Below are positions 49,695 to 58,795 of a stretch of DNA of 64,000 nt, one piece after another. How positions within the stretch are numbered: the stretch's first letter is position 1; each line of letters begins with the position of its first letter. Below the pieces are notes generated by a model that saw only the letters and a list, made by a program, of their open reading frames with translations, ran no database searches and was not told the origin of the DNA. Origin of the DNA: Parvibaculum sp. (GTDB taxonomy: Bacteria > Pseudomonadota > Alphaproteobacteria > Parvibaculales > Parvibaculaceae). The stretch lies in NCBI RefSeq assembly GCF_002694985.1, contig NZ_NZNS01000010.1; one strand, given 5' to 3'. The position numbers and the translations under genes are program-made.

Positions 49695-50794
49695 GACGAG
49701 AGCCCTCCCGCAAGCGTCGGCACATCGAGCGCCGCAAAGCCGTAGTGACGAAGCCAGCGCAAATCGCTTTCGAAGAAAGCGCGCAGATCCGGGATGCCGT
49801 ATTTCAGCATGGCGAGCCGGTCGAGACCGACACCGAAAGCAAAGCCCTGATATTTTTCCGGGTCGATGCCCGATGCTTTCAGCACGTTCGGGTGAACCAT
49901 GCCGCAGCCAAGAATCTCCAGCCAGTCGTCGCCTTCGCCGATGCGGATCTCGTTGCCGAGACGTGCACAGCGCACATCGACTTCCATCGAGGGTTCGGTG
50001 AAGGGGAAGAAGGAGGGACGCATGCGCAGTTCCACACCTTCGACTTCGAAGAAGGCGCGCAGAAATTCTTCAAGCGTCCACTTCAAATGACCGAGATGCG
50101 TTGTCTCGTCGATGACGAGGCCTTCGATCTGATGGAACTGCGGCGTATGGGTCTGGTCGCTGTCGCAGCGATAGGTGCGGCCGGGGCAGACGAAGCGGAA
50201 AGGCGGCTCACCCGTTTCCATGGTGCGCACCTGCACGGGGCTCGTATGCGTACGGAGCAGCATCCGCGATCCGTCCGGCTTCGGTTCGAAATAGAATGTG
50301 TCGTGCATTTCGCGCGCGGGATGGCCTTCCGGGAAGTTCAGCGCACCGAAATTATAATGATCCGTCTCGATATCCGGGCCCTGCTCCACGGCGAAACCCA
50401 TATCGGCGAAAATCGCGACGACCTCGTCCCAGACCTGGCTCAGCGGATGTATGCGGCCCGTCTCCAGCGCGGAAGGCCGCACCGGCAGCGTCACGTCGAT
50501 CTTTTCGCCCGCGAGGCGCGCTTCGAGCTGGAGCTCGTGCAGCGCATCCTTGCGCGCGGCAATCGCATCGGTCAGCCGGTCCTTGAGGCCGTTCAGCTTC
50601 GGCCCCATCTCCTTGCGCTCTTCGGGCGACATGCGCCCCAGGCCCTTCATCAGCTCGGAGACGCGGCCCTTCTTGCCGAGAGCGGCCACGCGCACGGCTT
50701 CGAGCGTGTCGATATCCACCGCATCGGCAATAGCAGCGGTGAATTCCGCTTCCAGCTTTTCCGGCAGTGTTTCGAGATCGGTGTTGTCGGTCAT
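49691..50794 (-). CDS. pheS: Phenylalanine--tRNA ligase alpha subunit
   Basis: Start trimmed to [10 protein letters not shown]. Class II motifs are present ([27 protein letters not shown]). Confidence 0.96.
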   Translation of the reverse strand: MTDNTDLETLPEKLEAEFTAAIADAVDIDTLEAVRVAALGKKGRVSELMKGLGRMSPEERKEMGPKLNGLKDRLTDAIAARKDALHELQLEARLAGEKIDVTLPVRPSALETGRIHPLSQVWDEVVAIFADMGFAVEQGPDIETDHYNFGALNFPEGHPAREMHDTFYFEPKPDGSRMLLRTHTSPVQVRTMETGEPPFRFVCPGRTYRCDSDQTHTPQFHQIEGLVIDETTHLGHLKWTLEEFLRAFFEVEGVELRMRPSFFPFTEPSMEVDVRCARLGNEIRIGEGDDWLEILGCGMVHPNVLKASGIDPEKYQGFAFGVGLDRLAMLKYGIPDLRAFFESDLRWLRHYGFAALDVPTLAGGLSS

Positions 50795-51001
50795 CTTCTC
50801 ACCGGCTTCTGATCGTTTCGCGAAAACGCAAGCTCGCTCAAACCACCCGCGCCTGCCTTTCGGCAAGCTCTCGGGTGATATGAGGGAACGGCGTACGAAC
50901 GATGGTATCGACCGGCGATCCGCCTCACCCCCGAGAGCGGCACGCGCATAATGGCGCGGGCCCCGGACGGGTGATCGGCTCTGATATCGAGGCGGCAGCC
51001 C

Positions 51002-51358
51002 TTACTGGAGGGCCGACTGTGCCTGGGCGACCAGAGCCTTGAAGGCCTCGGGCTCATGGATGGCGAGATCGGAGAGCACCTTGCGGTCCACCTCGATGCC
51101 AGCCTTGGCGAGGCCGTCGATAAATCGCGAATAGGTCAGACCGTGCTCGCGAACACCGGCGTTGATGCGCTGGATCCAGAGCGCGCGGAAATTGCGCTTG
51201 CGGGTGCGACGGTCGCGATAGGCATATTGGCCGGCCTTCTCCACCGCCTGATTGGCTGTACGGAAGGTGTTTTTGCGACGGCCGTAATAGCCCTTCGCCT
51301 GCTTGATGATCTTGCGGTGCCGGGCATGGGCGGTAACGCCCCGTTTGACGCGCGACAT
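51002..51358 (-). CDS. rplT: 50S ribosomal protein L20
   Basis: [17 protein letters not shown]; 118 aa. Confidence 0.98.
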   Translation of the reverse strand: MSRVKRGVTAHARHRKIIKQAKGYYGRRKNTFRTANQAVEKAGQYAYRDRRTRKRNFRALWIQRINAGVREHGLTYSRFIDGLAKAGIEVDRKVLSDLAIHEPEAFKALVAQAQSALQ

Positions 51359-51394
51359 GAGAATTCTCCTCGAAAGAAAATGGGACCTAAGCGG

Positions 51395-51601
51395 TTATTT
51401 CAGGCCGTAGGGCGCGAAAATCTTCACAATCCGCCTGGCATCGGGCTCGGCGACGAGCGTCGTGCCGCGCAGATTGCGGATCTGCTTGTTGGTCCGTTTG
51501 ATCATGCCGTGCTGCTTGCCGGTCTGGCCGCGCTTCACTTTTCCGGTGGCAGTGAAGCTGAAACGCTTCTTCACACCACTCTTGGTCTTCAGCTTGGGCA
51601 T
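51395..51601 (-). CDS. rpmI: 50S ribosomal protein L35
   Basis: [14 protein letters not shown]; 68 aa. Confidence 0.98.
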   Translation of the reverse strand: MPKLKTKSGVKKRFSFTATGKVKRGQTGKQHGMIKRTNKQIRNLRGTTLVAEPDARRIVKIFAPYGLK

Positions 51602-51737
51602 TTTGCTCTCCGTGTTTTGGGAACTCGCCTTGAAGACCTTGAATTCATTGAAGAATTCGGAAGGTGGCGGGTCCGGGTCTTGGCATTACGGGCGGTCACG
51701 GCATGCCCTACAGGCCGGGCCACCCCGAAGCCGCGGA

Positions 51738-51766
51738 TTTATAAGGGAAAAGCCGGGCGCGTCAAG
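51738..51766 (-). promoter_or_regulatory. Candidate sigma-70 promoter for rpmI-rplT
   Basis: Minus strand CTTGAC-17 nt-TATAAA, about 135 nt upstream of the rpmI ATG. Confidence 0.3.
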
Positions 51767-51831
51767 GCTTTGAAGCGCGCTCGTTCCCCGTCCGGGCCTG
51801 TGACATAACCGTTCGCAAACAAGGAGGGGCC

Positions 51832-51936
51832 ATGAGCCGCTTTTTCGGGAATGTCTGCCAGAATGGCTATGTCGTGCGCGACATCGAAGCCGCCTATGAC
51901 CGCGCCATCGCGGCTGGGACGGCAGCGAGCCGGTGA
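51832..51936 (+). pseudogene. Truncated remnant of a VOC (glyoxalase/dioxygenase) family gene
   Basis: AAGGAGG followed by MSRFFGNVCQNGYVVRDIEAA. This matches the conserved N-terminus of VOC-family proteins as I recall it. The sequence then diverges and stops after 34 codons. Confidence 0.35.
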
Positions 51937-51995
51937 GGCCCGTGCGTTAAGTCACACGGCCCCCACCCCGTTCAGGTCAGGTCAGGTCAGGCAGA

Positions 51996-52499
51996 TCAGC
52001 CGCAATAGACCCTGGAAACATTCTCTTCTTCGTCGAGCTCGACATTGAGCCGGTCGGGACGGAAGTCCTCGGTCACCGCTTCACCGGGACGAATCACGCG
52101 GATGGTCGCGACGTTTTCGCCAGCCGTGATCTCGCTTTCGGCTTCCGAATAGGCCTTGCCGGTCCACACGCCGAGAGCATCGGCCGCCGCCTGGCAACCA
52201 GCCGCCGCCGCGGTATCGGCACCGGCGGCCGCTTCCTCGTCCATCGATATCCCGGTTTCGCCGTCAGCGGGCATCTCGCCGCCGGGCATTTCGCTGCGGG
52301 GCATGGTGTTGTCAGCGCCGTTCATCGCAGGCTCGGCATCGCCCGGCTCCGCCGTCATCGGCACGGCGTTTTCGACAGCGGGCGCCTCTTGCGGCGTCGT
52401 ATCGGCAGCCTGCTCCTCTTCGTTCTGGTCGCACGCGGCAACCGTTACCAGCGCGGCGATCGCCACGGAGCCGAGCAGGTGCTTGACCGAATATTTCAT
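51996..52499 (-). CDS. Lipoprotein with C-terminal peptidase-inhibitor I78-like domain
   Basis: Lipobox VAAC, an acidic low-complexity linker, and a C-terminal region IRVIRPGEAVTEDFRPDRLNVELDEEENVSRVYCG typical of the I78 family. Confidence 0.65.
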   Translation of the reverse strand: MKYSVKHLLGSVAIAALVTVAACDQNEEEQAADTTPQEAPAVENAVPMTAEPGDAEPAMNGADNTMPRSEMPGGEMPADGETGISMDEEAAAGADTAAAAGCQAAADALGVWTGKAYSEAESEITAGENVATIRVIRPGEAVTEDFRPDRLNVELDEEENVSRVYCG

Positions 52500-52949
52500 T
52501 CTCTCTCTCCCGTTGATGGTGAGCTTCCTCCGGCATGAATGCCGCAGGTTCAGAAAACCCGGCTTTCTGGCTTTTCCAAGGCGTATTTCGCCACCGTTCG
52601 GCTTTTTGCGTTCTGGCCGCTCTCCATTAAATGCCTGCCGGCTCTCGTGGTTCCATAAAGGAAGCCTGGAGATGCTGGCTCACCCCGCCGTCCTGTCCTC
52701 ATACATTTCGTCAGAGGTCCGCTGCCGGATCAGCTTCGAACCGCCTTCACGACCGGGCAGCGTAATCGGGATCGCACTCACCGACGACACCGGCAATTCC
52801 TCGTCCAGCACCTTTTCGGCGAAAGGCAATGTTGCAGGTGCCCGGCGTCTCAAGACGAAAGAGATCAAGCTCGTCGATTACAATATTTCTGCCGACAACC
52901 CCTTCTCCTTCCTGTTCGGCCTCACCCTCACCTTTCAGCGCCGCGCGAA

Positions 52950-53384
52950 CTAGGTCTTCTCGACAAGCTGTCCGAGCGACTTTTTCACCGAGGGCCAGCT
53001 CGCCCCCAGCGCCTCTTCCACCTGTGTCTGCGCGCTGCGCCACAGGGGAAGCGCCTGAGTCAGCTTCCTGCGTCCCGCCCTGGTGAGCGCAAGGCCGAGC
53101 GAGCGGCCTTCGCCGCTCGGCGTCGCCTCGATCAACCCCTCATCCTCCAGAAGCTTCACGTTGCGCACGAGGCTGGAGCGTTCAAGCGCCAGCGCATCGG
53201 CCAGCGCCGTCAGCGATTTCGCGCTTCCTTCCTCCACTGCGATCAGCAGCGTGAATTGCGTGATCTTCAGACCGACGGGACGAAGCGCCTTGTCATAGGC
53301 GCGCGTCAGCTTCCGCGCGGCCATGCGCGCGCGTAGCGCGGCGCAATTCTCACGGACTTCCTGTTCGCTGACCGACTGACCCAT
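52950..53384 (-). CDS. MarR-family transcriptional regulator
   Basis: Start trimmed to MGQSVSEQ. Contains LTALADALALERSSLVRNVKLLEDEGLI. Confidence 0.8.
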   Translation of the reverse strand: MGQSVSEQEVRENCAALRARMAARKLTRAYDKALRPVGLKITQFTLLIAVEEGSAKSLTALADALALERSSLVRNVKLLEDEGLIEATPSGEGRSLGLALTRAGRRKLTQALPLWRSAQTQVEEALGASWPSVKKSLGQLVEKT

Positions 53385-53470
53385 TTTTCTACCGAATTTT
53401 GTGTAGATACACGATAAGAGCGCAAACCCGGCCACGCAAGCCGCGCGGCCGGGCCTCATGCGGCGCGGAT

Positions 53471-54721
53471 TTATTCCGCCGCACTTGAACTGTTATTCAC
53501 CTGCGCCTTTTTCACGGAAGCCTCCACCACCGGGATCTCGTGATCCTCAAGAGGCTTCATCCAGTTCTTCCGCTTCAGCGCCGCCTCAATGTAAGGCGCG
53601 AGTTCGGCCTGTTTCTTCGCCTCGCGCTCTGCGGCTTCGCGCTTGAATTCGGGCATGACTTCCTTCGCGAAGAGTTCGAGCGATTCGCAGATATGCGTGT
53701 GCTTGTTGCGGCCGGCCTGCTGCATGAAGATCACCTGATCGACGCCCGCATCGCGGAAGGCGCGCAAATGTGCGCGCATGTCGTCCGGCGTGCCAATGCC
53801 GGTTGCGATCGCATCGGCACGCTTGGCCGCATCAATCACTTCCTGCGTGCGGTTGCCGCGCGCCTTGATGTAGTCGCCCCACATATCGGTGCGGCCCGGC
53901 ACCGTGTCATGTGCAACGAGCGCGTTCAGCGCATAGCCGAAGAACTCGAAGCCTTCATGGCCCCGGCGGATCGCTTCCTCGCGGTCCTCATGCAGCGAGA
54001 AATTCGAGACCATGGCGATGTTTGCATTCACCGAATGGCCGATGGGCCTGCACTCGTCGGACTTGATGATGTCGTAATAGATTTCGGACCACGCCTTTGC
54101 CTCTTCAGGATCGACGAAGGAAAAGGCGAGCGCGCCCACGCCCAGCGACGCCGCCACGCGGATCGTGTCGCGGTTGGTGCAGGCCATCCACATGGGCGGA
54201 TGGGGCCGCTGCACGGGCTTCGGCAATACGTTGCGGCAGGGCATCGAGAAATATTTTCCTTCGAAGCCGGGATAGGGATCGAGCACCATCATGTTGGCGA
54301 TCTGCTCGCCGGCCTCTATGGCCATGGCGCGCTTTTCCTTTGCGGGAATATGGAAGCCGCCAAGTTCGAGCCGGGTCGCGCCTTCGCCGATGCCGAATTC
54401 GACCCGCCCGTTCGACATGATGTCGAGCGTCGCAAGGCCTTCCGCGGTGCGAGCGGGATGATTGTAGTTCGGGATCACCTGGCGGATGCCGTGGCCAAGA
54501 CGAATATTCTTCGTCACGGAGGCGGCAGCCGCGAGAAAGACCTCCGGCGACGAGGAATGCGAATATTCGTCGAGGAAGTGATGCTCCACCTCCCACGCAT
54601 GGTCGTAGCCGAGCTTGTCCGCCAGAACGATCTGCTCCAGCGCCTCGTGAAACAGCCGCTGCTCGTCACCCTCTTTCCAGGGCTTCGGCAATTGCAGTTC
54701 GTAAAACACTCCGAATTTCAT
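53471..54721 (-). CDS. LLM-class (luciferase-like) flavin-dependent oxidoreductase
   Basis: Starts MKFGVFYELQLPKPW, with a TIM-barrel LLM pattern (YDHAWEVEHHF, GRVEFGIGEG). Confidence 0.85.
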   Translation of the reverse strand: MKFGVFYELQLPKPWKEGDEQRLFHEALEQIVLADKLGYDHAWEVEHHFLDEYSHSSSPEVFLAAAASVTKNIRLGHGIRQVIPNYNHPARTAEGLATLDIMSNGRVEFGIGEGATRLELGGFHIPAKEKRAMAIEAGEQIANMMVLDPYPGFEGKYFSMPCRNVLPKPVQRPHPPMWMACTNRDTIRVAASLGVGALAFSFVDPEEAKAWSEIYYDIIKSDECRPIGHSVNANIAMVSNFSLHEDREEAIRRGHEGFEFFGYALNALVAHDTVPGRTDMWGDYIKARGNRTQEVIDAAKRADAIATGIGTPDDMRAHLRAFRDAGVDQVIFMQQAGRNKHTHICESLELFAKEVMPEFKREAAEREAKKQAELAPYIEAALKRKNWMKPLEDHEIPVVEASVKKAQVNNSSSAAE

Positions 54722-54880
54722 GGACTACTCCTCCCCGATATTTTTTCGACGCCCGTGCGAATTTCCACGCCGCGCGCCTGTTTCATTTTTCAATGGGAAG
54801 AGTGTAGACGTCAAAAAGGCGCGGTGCGAGCTTCGCCGCCACGGGGCACCAAAGCCGCTCAGTTCAGAAGCCCGCCGCCC

Positions 54881-55144
54881 TCAGTGAAGTCCGTTCGGCA
54901 GTGCGCCCTCATGATGATCGTGGCGGCGCATCCTGCGGATATCGAGTTCCCGTTCGGCAGCCTGGCGGCGCAGGGCGCTCCTGTCCGTTTCCAGAATGCA
55001 GTGCAGTTCCTCGTCGCTATGCAGCCGCAGGTCGACGGGTCCCGTCCGCTCGACGGCAAGACGCATCACTTCCTGCGACTCATAGAAAGAGCGCTTGCGC
55101 CGTGTGCGGGTCGTCAGACGCCGCCAAAAATCAGAAATCGACAT
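54881..55144 (-). CDS. Small basic hypothetical protein (87 aa from MSISDFW; the ORF could extend to 55264)
   Basis: Open frame only, with no recognisable motif. Its coding status is uncertain. Confidence 0.3.
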   Translation of the reverse strand: MSISDFWRRLTTRTRRKRSFYESQEVMRLAVERTGPVDLRLHSDEELHCILETDRSALRRQAAERELDIRRMRRHDHHEGALPNGLH

Positions 55145-55460
55145 TTGCTCACCGGCCTTTGCTCGCGGACACAAGGTGCCTTTGAATTCCGGCGTTCCGA
55201 CCCTGTTGTGAAGCACTCTCGAAAGCGGTGCTTCTTTGCGGTCTTGGGAAAGAGATTGCTGCAATGGTCAGGTTAACACCAGAAGTAAGCTCACGCTAAT
55301 GAAGGCCTCGCGAATCTATGATGACGCCCACGCAGCCTGCGACAGGTGATAGAGCCGCAATGGAACAAGAACATGATCTCTCACGCCATTTATGTGGCGG
55401 CCCTGGCTTTCGCGCCGGAGCCGCTGCACGATTGCGGAGCGAGTTAATGGAGAGGATCAA

Positions 55461-56414
55461 ATGAAGAAGCCGCTTCATGTGGCCCATCGCGGCGGTGCGG
55501 GGCTCTGGCCGGAAAACACAATGGTGGCCTTCGAGCGGGCCATCGCGGCGGGCGCCGATGGAATCGAACTCGACGTCCATCTTTCGAGGGACGGGCTTCT
55601 CGTCGTCCATCACGACGAAAGCCTGAAGCCGTCCATCGCGCGAGGCCCGGACGGCGAATGGCTCATGCGTCCGACGCCGCTGCTGAAGGATCTCACTCAT
55701 GCGGAAATGCAGGCCTATGACATAGGGCGACTGCGCCCCGGCGCGCGCTACTCGGCCCGCTATCCCGATCAGGCACCCTCGGATGGTGCTCGCATTCCGC
55801 TATTGTCGGATGTCTACGGCCTCGTGAAGGAGAGGGCCAAGGCGGGGTTCCGCCTCTATGTCGAACTCAAGACCGCGCTTCTCGATCTCACGCAGTCGGC
55901 GGACCCGCGCACGCTGGCCGATGCCGCCGTTGCGCTCACCCGCGAGCACGGGATGGAAGAAACCGTGACCTTCGTTTCCTTCGACTGGCGTGCGCTTGCC
56001 CGGGCAAAGGAACAGGCACCCCATATTCTCAATGCCTTCACGACGCTGCCCTTCTTCCAGCTCGACCCGGAAGATGCCTCCGCCGCGCGCGATGTGCCGG
56101 GTTCGCAGGACGATCTCATCCGCCAGGCTTCCGCCAATGGCGCGCCCTGGATGAATGGCTACGACTGGCGCAGCCAGAAGGGCGCGACATTCGCCGAACG
56201 GATGCTGCGCGCCATCGCCTCGGGTCCCGCCGATGGCTGGTTCGCATGGGCGGGCGACGTGACGCCGGAAACGATGGCACAGGCAAGGGCGCTCGGTCTC
56301 GCCGTCTCCTGCTGGACGGTCGACGAAGAAGCGGAGATGAAACGGCTCGCGGCACTCGGCGTCGAGGCAATCCTTACCGACCGCCCCGACCGGATGGCAA
56401 AGGCACTCGGCTGA
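55461..56414 (+). CDS. Glycerophosphodiester phosphodiesterase family protein
   Basis: MKKPLHVAHRGGAGLWPENTMVAFERAIAAGADGIELDVHLSRDG, carrying the GDPD catalytic HR...E.D.H pattern. Confidence 0.88.
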   Translation: MKKPLHVAHRGGAGLWPENTMVAFERAIAAGADGIELDVHLSRDGLLVVHHDESLKPSIARGPDGEWLMRPTPLLKDLTHAEMQAYDIGRLRPGARYSARYPDQAPSDGARIPLLSDVYGLVKERAKAGFRLYVELKTALLDLTQSADPRTLADAAVALTREHGMEETVTFVSFDWRALARAKEQAPHILNAFTTLPFFQLDPEDASAARDVPGSQDDLIRQASANGAPWMNGYDWRSQKGATFAERMLRAIASGPADGWFAWAGDVTPETMAQARALGLAVSCWTVDEEAEMKRLAALGVEAILTDRPDRMAKALG

Positions 56415-56425
56415 TCCCGAAAGAA

Positions 56426-56450
56426 AAAGGCCCGGCAATGCCGGGCCTTT
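56426..56450. terminator. Bidirectional terminator (GDPD gene / infC)
   Basis: AAAGGCCCGGC-aat-GCCGGGCCTTT. Confidence 0.8.
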
Positions 56451-56472
56451 CCTCATTCGCGATGCGGCAGCC

Positions 56473-57009
56473 TCAGCGCGGCGCCAGCACCATGATCATC
56501 TGACGGCCTTCAAGGCGGGGGTAGAGCTCGACCTTGGCGATCTCGTCCACCTGTTCCTTGACCTTGTTCAGAAGCTGCATGCCAAGTTCCTGATGCGCCA
56601 TTTCGCGGCCACGGAAGCGAAGGGTCACCTTCACCTTGTCGCCTTCCTCGAAGAAACGAAGCATGGAACGCATCTTCACGTCATAGTCATGCACGTCGAT
56701 GTTCGGGCGCATCTTGATTTCCTTGACCTCGACGGTCTTCTGCTTCTTGCGCGCCTCGTTGGCCTTTTTCTGGGCCTGATATTTGAATTTCCCGTAGTCG
56801 AGAAGCTTGCATACGGGAGGCTTCGCGTTCGGCGATACCTCGACCAGATCCAGCCCGGCCTCTTCGGCCATGCGGATCGCTTCGTCGGTGGGGATAACGC
56901 CGCGCTTCTCGCCCTCGGCGTCAATGAGCAACACGGTCGGCTCATCGATCATGTCGTTTACGCGCGGGCCCTCTTTCGTGGGCGGCGCCTGCATCGGTCT
57001 GCGAGCTAT
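56473..57009 (-). CDS. infC: Translation initiation factor IF-3 (probable non-AUG ATA start)
   Basis: [20 protein letters not shown]...[11 protein letters not shown]...[16 protein letters not shown]...[19 protein letters not shown] lies 8 nt upstream of ATA 57009. The nearest in-frame ATG is too far from any Shine-Dalgarno sequence. Confidence 0.9.
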   Translation of the reverse strand: MARRPMQAPPTKEGPRVNDMIDEPTVLLIDAEGEKRGVIPTDEAIRMAEEAGLDLVEVSPNAKPPVCKLLDYGKFKYQAQKKANEARKKQKTVEVKEIKMRPNIDVHDYDVKMRSMLRFFEEGDKVKVTLRFRGREMAHQELGMQLLNKVKEQVDEIAKVELYPRLEGRQMIMVLAPR

Positions 57010-57180
57010 GAACACTTCTCCTTCTATCGGTCCGGATGCCTGATTGCGCCCGGGAAAAGGGCATGACACCGGGACAATTCAACCGCCCGGGCGTTCCGCC
57101 CTGCTCCCGGCGGTGCCCCACACGGACACCTTCCGGAAAATTCCTGCACAGCTATAGATTTGAAGCCACTCGCCCGCAAG

Positions 57181-57549
57181 TCAAGAAAGGCGCGGACCTC
57201 CGGCCTCGAAGGCCTCTCCGGGCGCTCTTTCGTGCCATTGTGGCCTCGGCCACACACACAAACGCATAAAGCGCGTCGCCCGGCTACCTTCAAGATCATA
57301 AATATGGAGTGCGGAGGCCCATGACAAGCGCCGCGCCCGCGCGAGAAAGGCGCCAGCGCCCCGCGCCGCGCCGTCTTCCCAGCTTATATCAGCGAGATCG
57401 CCAGCCTTTCGGCGGCCTTCGGGCGTGGTCAGCAGAATCAGGCGGGCCCCCTCATGGGCCGTGCGGATCGCCGCCAATGCAGCGCGCAGATGGTCCTCGC
57501 CGCCCGCCTCCAGCCAGATCGCGACCACCGTCCGGCCCGTCTCAGCCAC
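57181..57549 (-). CDS. Hypothetical protein (122 aa)
   Basis: Its ATG overlaps the stop of the upstream glycosyltransferase by 8 nt. No motif recognised. Confidence 0.4.
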   Translation of the reverse strand: MAETGRTVVAIWLEAGGEDHLRAALAAIRTAHEGARLILLTTPEGRRKAGDLADISWEDGAARGAGAFLARARRLSWASALHIYDLEGSRATRFMRLCVWPRPQWHERAPGEAFEAGGPRLS

Positions 57550-58795
57550 GGTGTTTCGCGATCAATTGCGCATAAATCCCGAGGGTCGCATCGCACATCG
57601 CGCCCACCGAATAATGCGCCCGCGCATTTTCGAAGCCCGCCGCGCCCATCGCCGCGCGGGCTTGTGTGCCCATCGCCATCGTCCGGGCCATGGCGTCGGC
57701 CAGCGCGCCTGCATCGCCGGGGGCCACGCGAAAGCCCGTCTTGCCCTCGATCACGGTTTCGCGCTGCCCGCCCGCATCCGACACAATGACCGGGCGCGAG
57801 GCCGCCTGCGCCTCCACTGCGGTCCGCCCGAAGGGCTCCGCCTTGATCGAGGGCGACAGCACGACATCGCCAAGCGCATAGGCCGCCGCCATGTCTTCGC
57901 CATGCCCGACAAGGCGCACCCGGCCCTGAAGCCCTGCCGCCCCGATGGCACTTTCGAGTTCGCCGATATAGCCGTCGCGTCCTTGCGCATCGCCTGCCAG
58001 CAGCAACGTGAAATCGCTTGAGCCCCGCTCGACCAGCAGCCGCGCCGCCTCGATGGAAACCAGTTGCCCTTTCCAGCGCGTCAGCCGCGCCGGATGCACG
58101 AAGACCGTGCCGGATTGGGCGCCCACGCCCCAGCGCCGCGCCAGCGCCTCAACGCGCGAGGGCGCCACATTTGCGTAGGTTTCGAGGTCGATGCCGCGCG
58201 GCACGGTGAAAATGCGGCCTTCATCGGGCGCGTGAACGGCGCGGATGCTTTCTGCCGTATAGGCGGAATTGGCGATCACGGCATCGCCGCGCACCATCAC
58301 CGAATTATAGAAAACCTTGAGGCGCGGCTTTTCATGCACACGCGAATGATAGGTCGTGACGAAGGGCACCTTGGCGCGCCGCGCCGCCGCCAGTGCGCTC
58401 CAGGCCGGCGCCCGGCTGCGTGCATGAACGAGGTCGACGCCCTCGCGTGCGATCACGCGGGCAAGCCGTTCGACATTCAAGGCCATGACGACCGGATTCT
58501 TGGAATGCACCGCCATGTCGAGATGTTCGGCGCCCAGCACCGCCAGTTCCGGCACCATGCGCCCGCCCCTGCTCGCTACGAGGGCGCGGCCGCCCGCCGC
58601 CACGACCGCGCGCGCCACATCGATCGTGGTGCGCTCCGCCCCGCCGGTTTCGAGCGCGGGCACGACCTGGAGAACCGTCGGGCGGGGCGATAAATTTTCG
58701 AAGGGGTTGGCCAAGCCGGGGAATCCCTGTTGGATGCGTGTCGAAAATGACGACTCGGAAAATCCGACAATGACCGACAGCCCCTCTCCCCGCAA
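57542..58795 (-). CDS. Glycosyltransferase family 4 (start uncertain)
   Basis: VLQVVPALETGGAERTTIDV N-terminal motif and the E-x7-E region (EPFGRTAVEAQAASRPVIVSDAGGQRETV). Confidence 0.82.
   Translation of the reverse strand: MRGEGLSVIVGFSESSFSTRIQQGFPGLANPFENLSPRPTVLQVVPALETGGAERTTIDVARAVVAAGGRALVASRGGRMVPELAVLGAEHLDMAVHSKNPVVMALNVERLARVIAREGVDLVHARSRAPAWSALAAARRAKVPFVTTYHSRVHEKPRLKVFYNSVMVRGDAVIANSAYTAESIRAVHAPDEGRIFTVPRGIDLETYANVAPSRVEALARRWGVGAQSGTVFVHPARLTRWKGQLVSIEAARLLVERGSSDFTLLLAGDAQGRDGYIGELESAIGAAGLQGRVRLVGHGEDMAAAYALGDVVLSPSIKAEPFGRTAVEAQAASRPVIVSDAGGQRETVIEGKTGFRVAPGDAGALADAMARTMAMGTQARAAMGAAGFENARAHYSVGAMCDATLGIYAQLIAKHRG

Noticed and set aside
51851-52048. 65-aa plus-strand ORF overlapping the VOC stub and the 3-prime end of the I78 gene.
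   Set aside because: It has no Shine-Dalgarno sequence and a low-complexity Arg/Ala/Ser composition, and it overlaps better-supported features.
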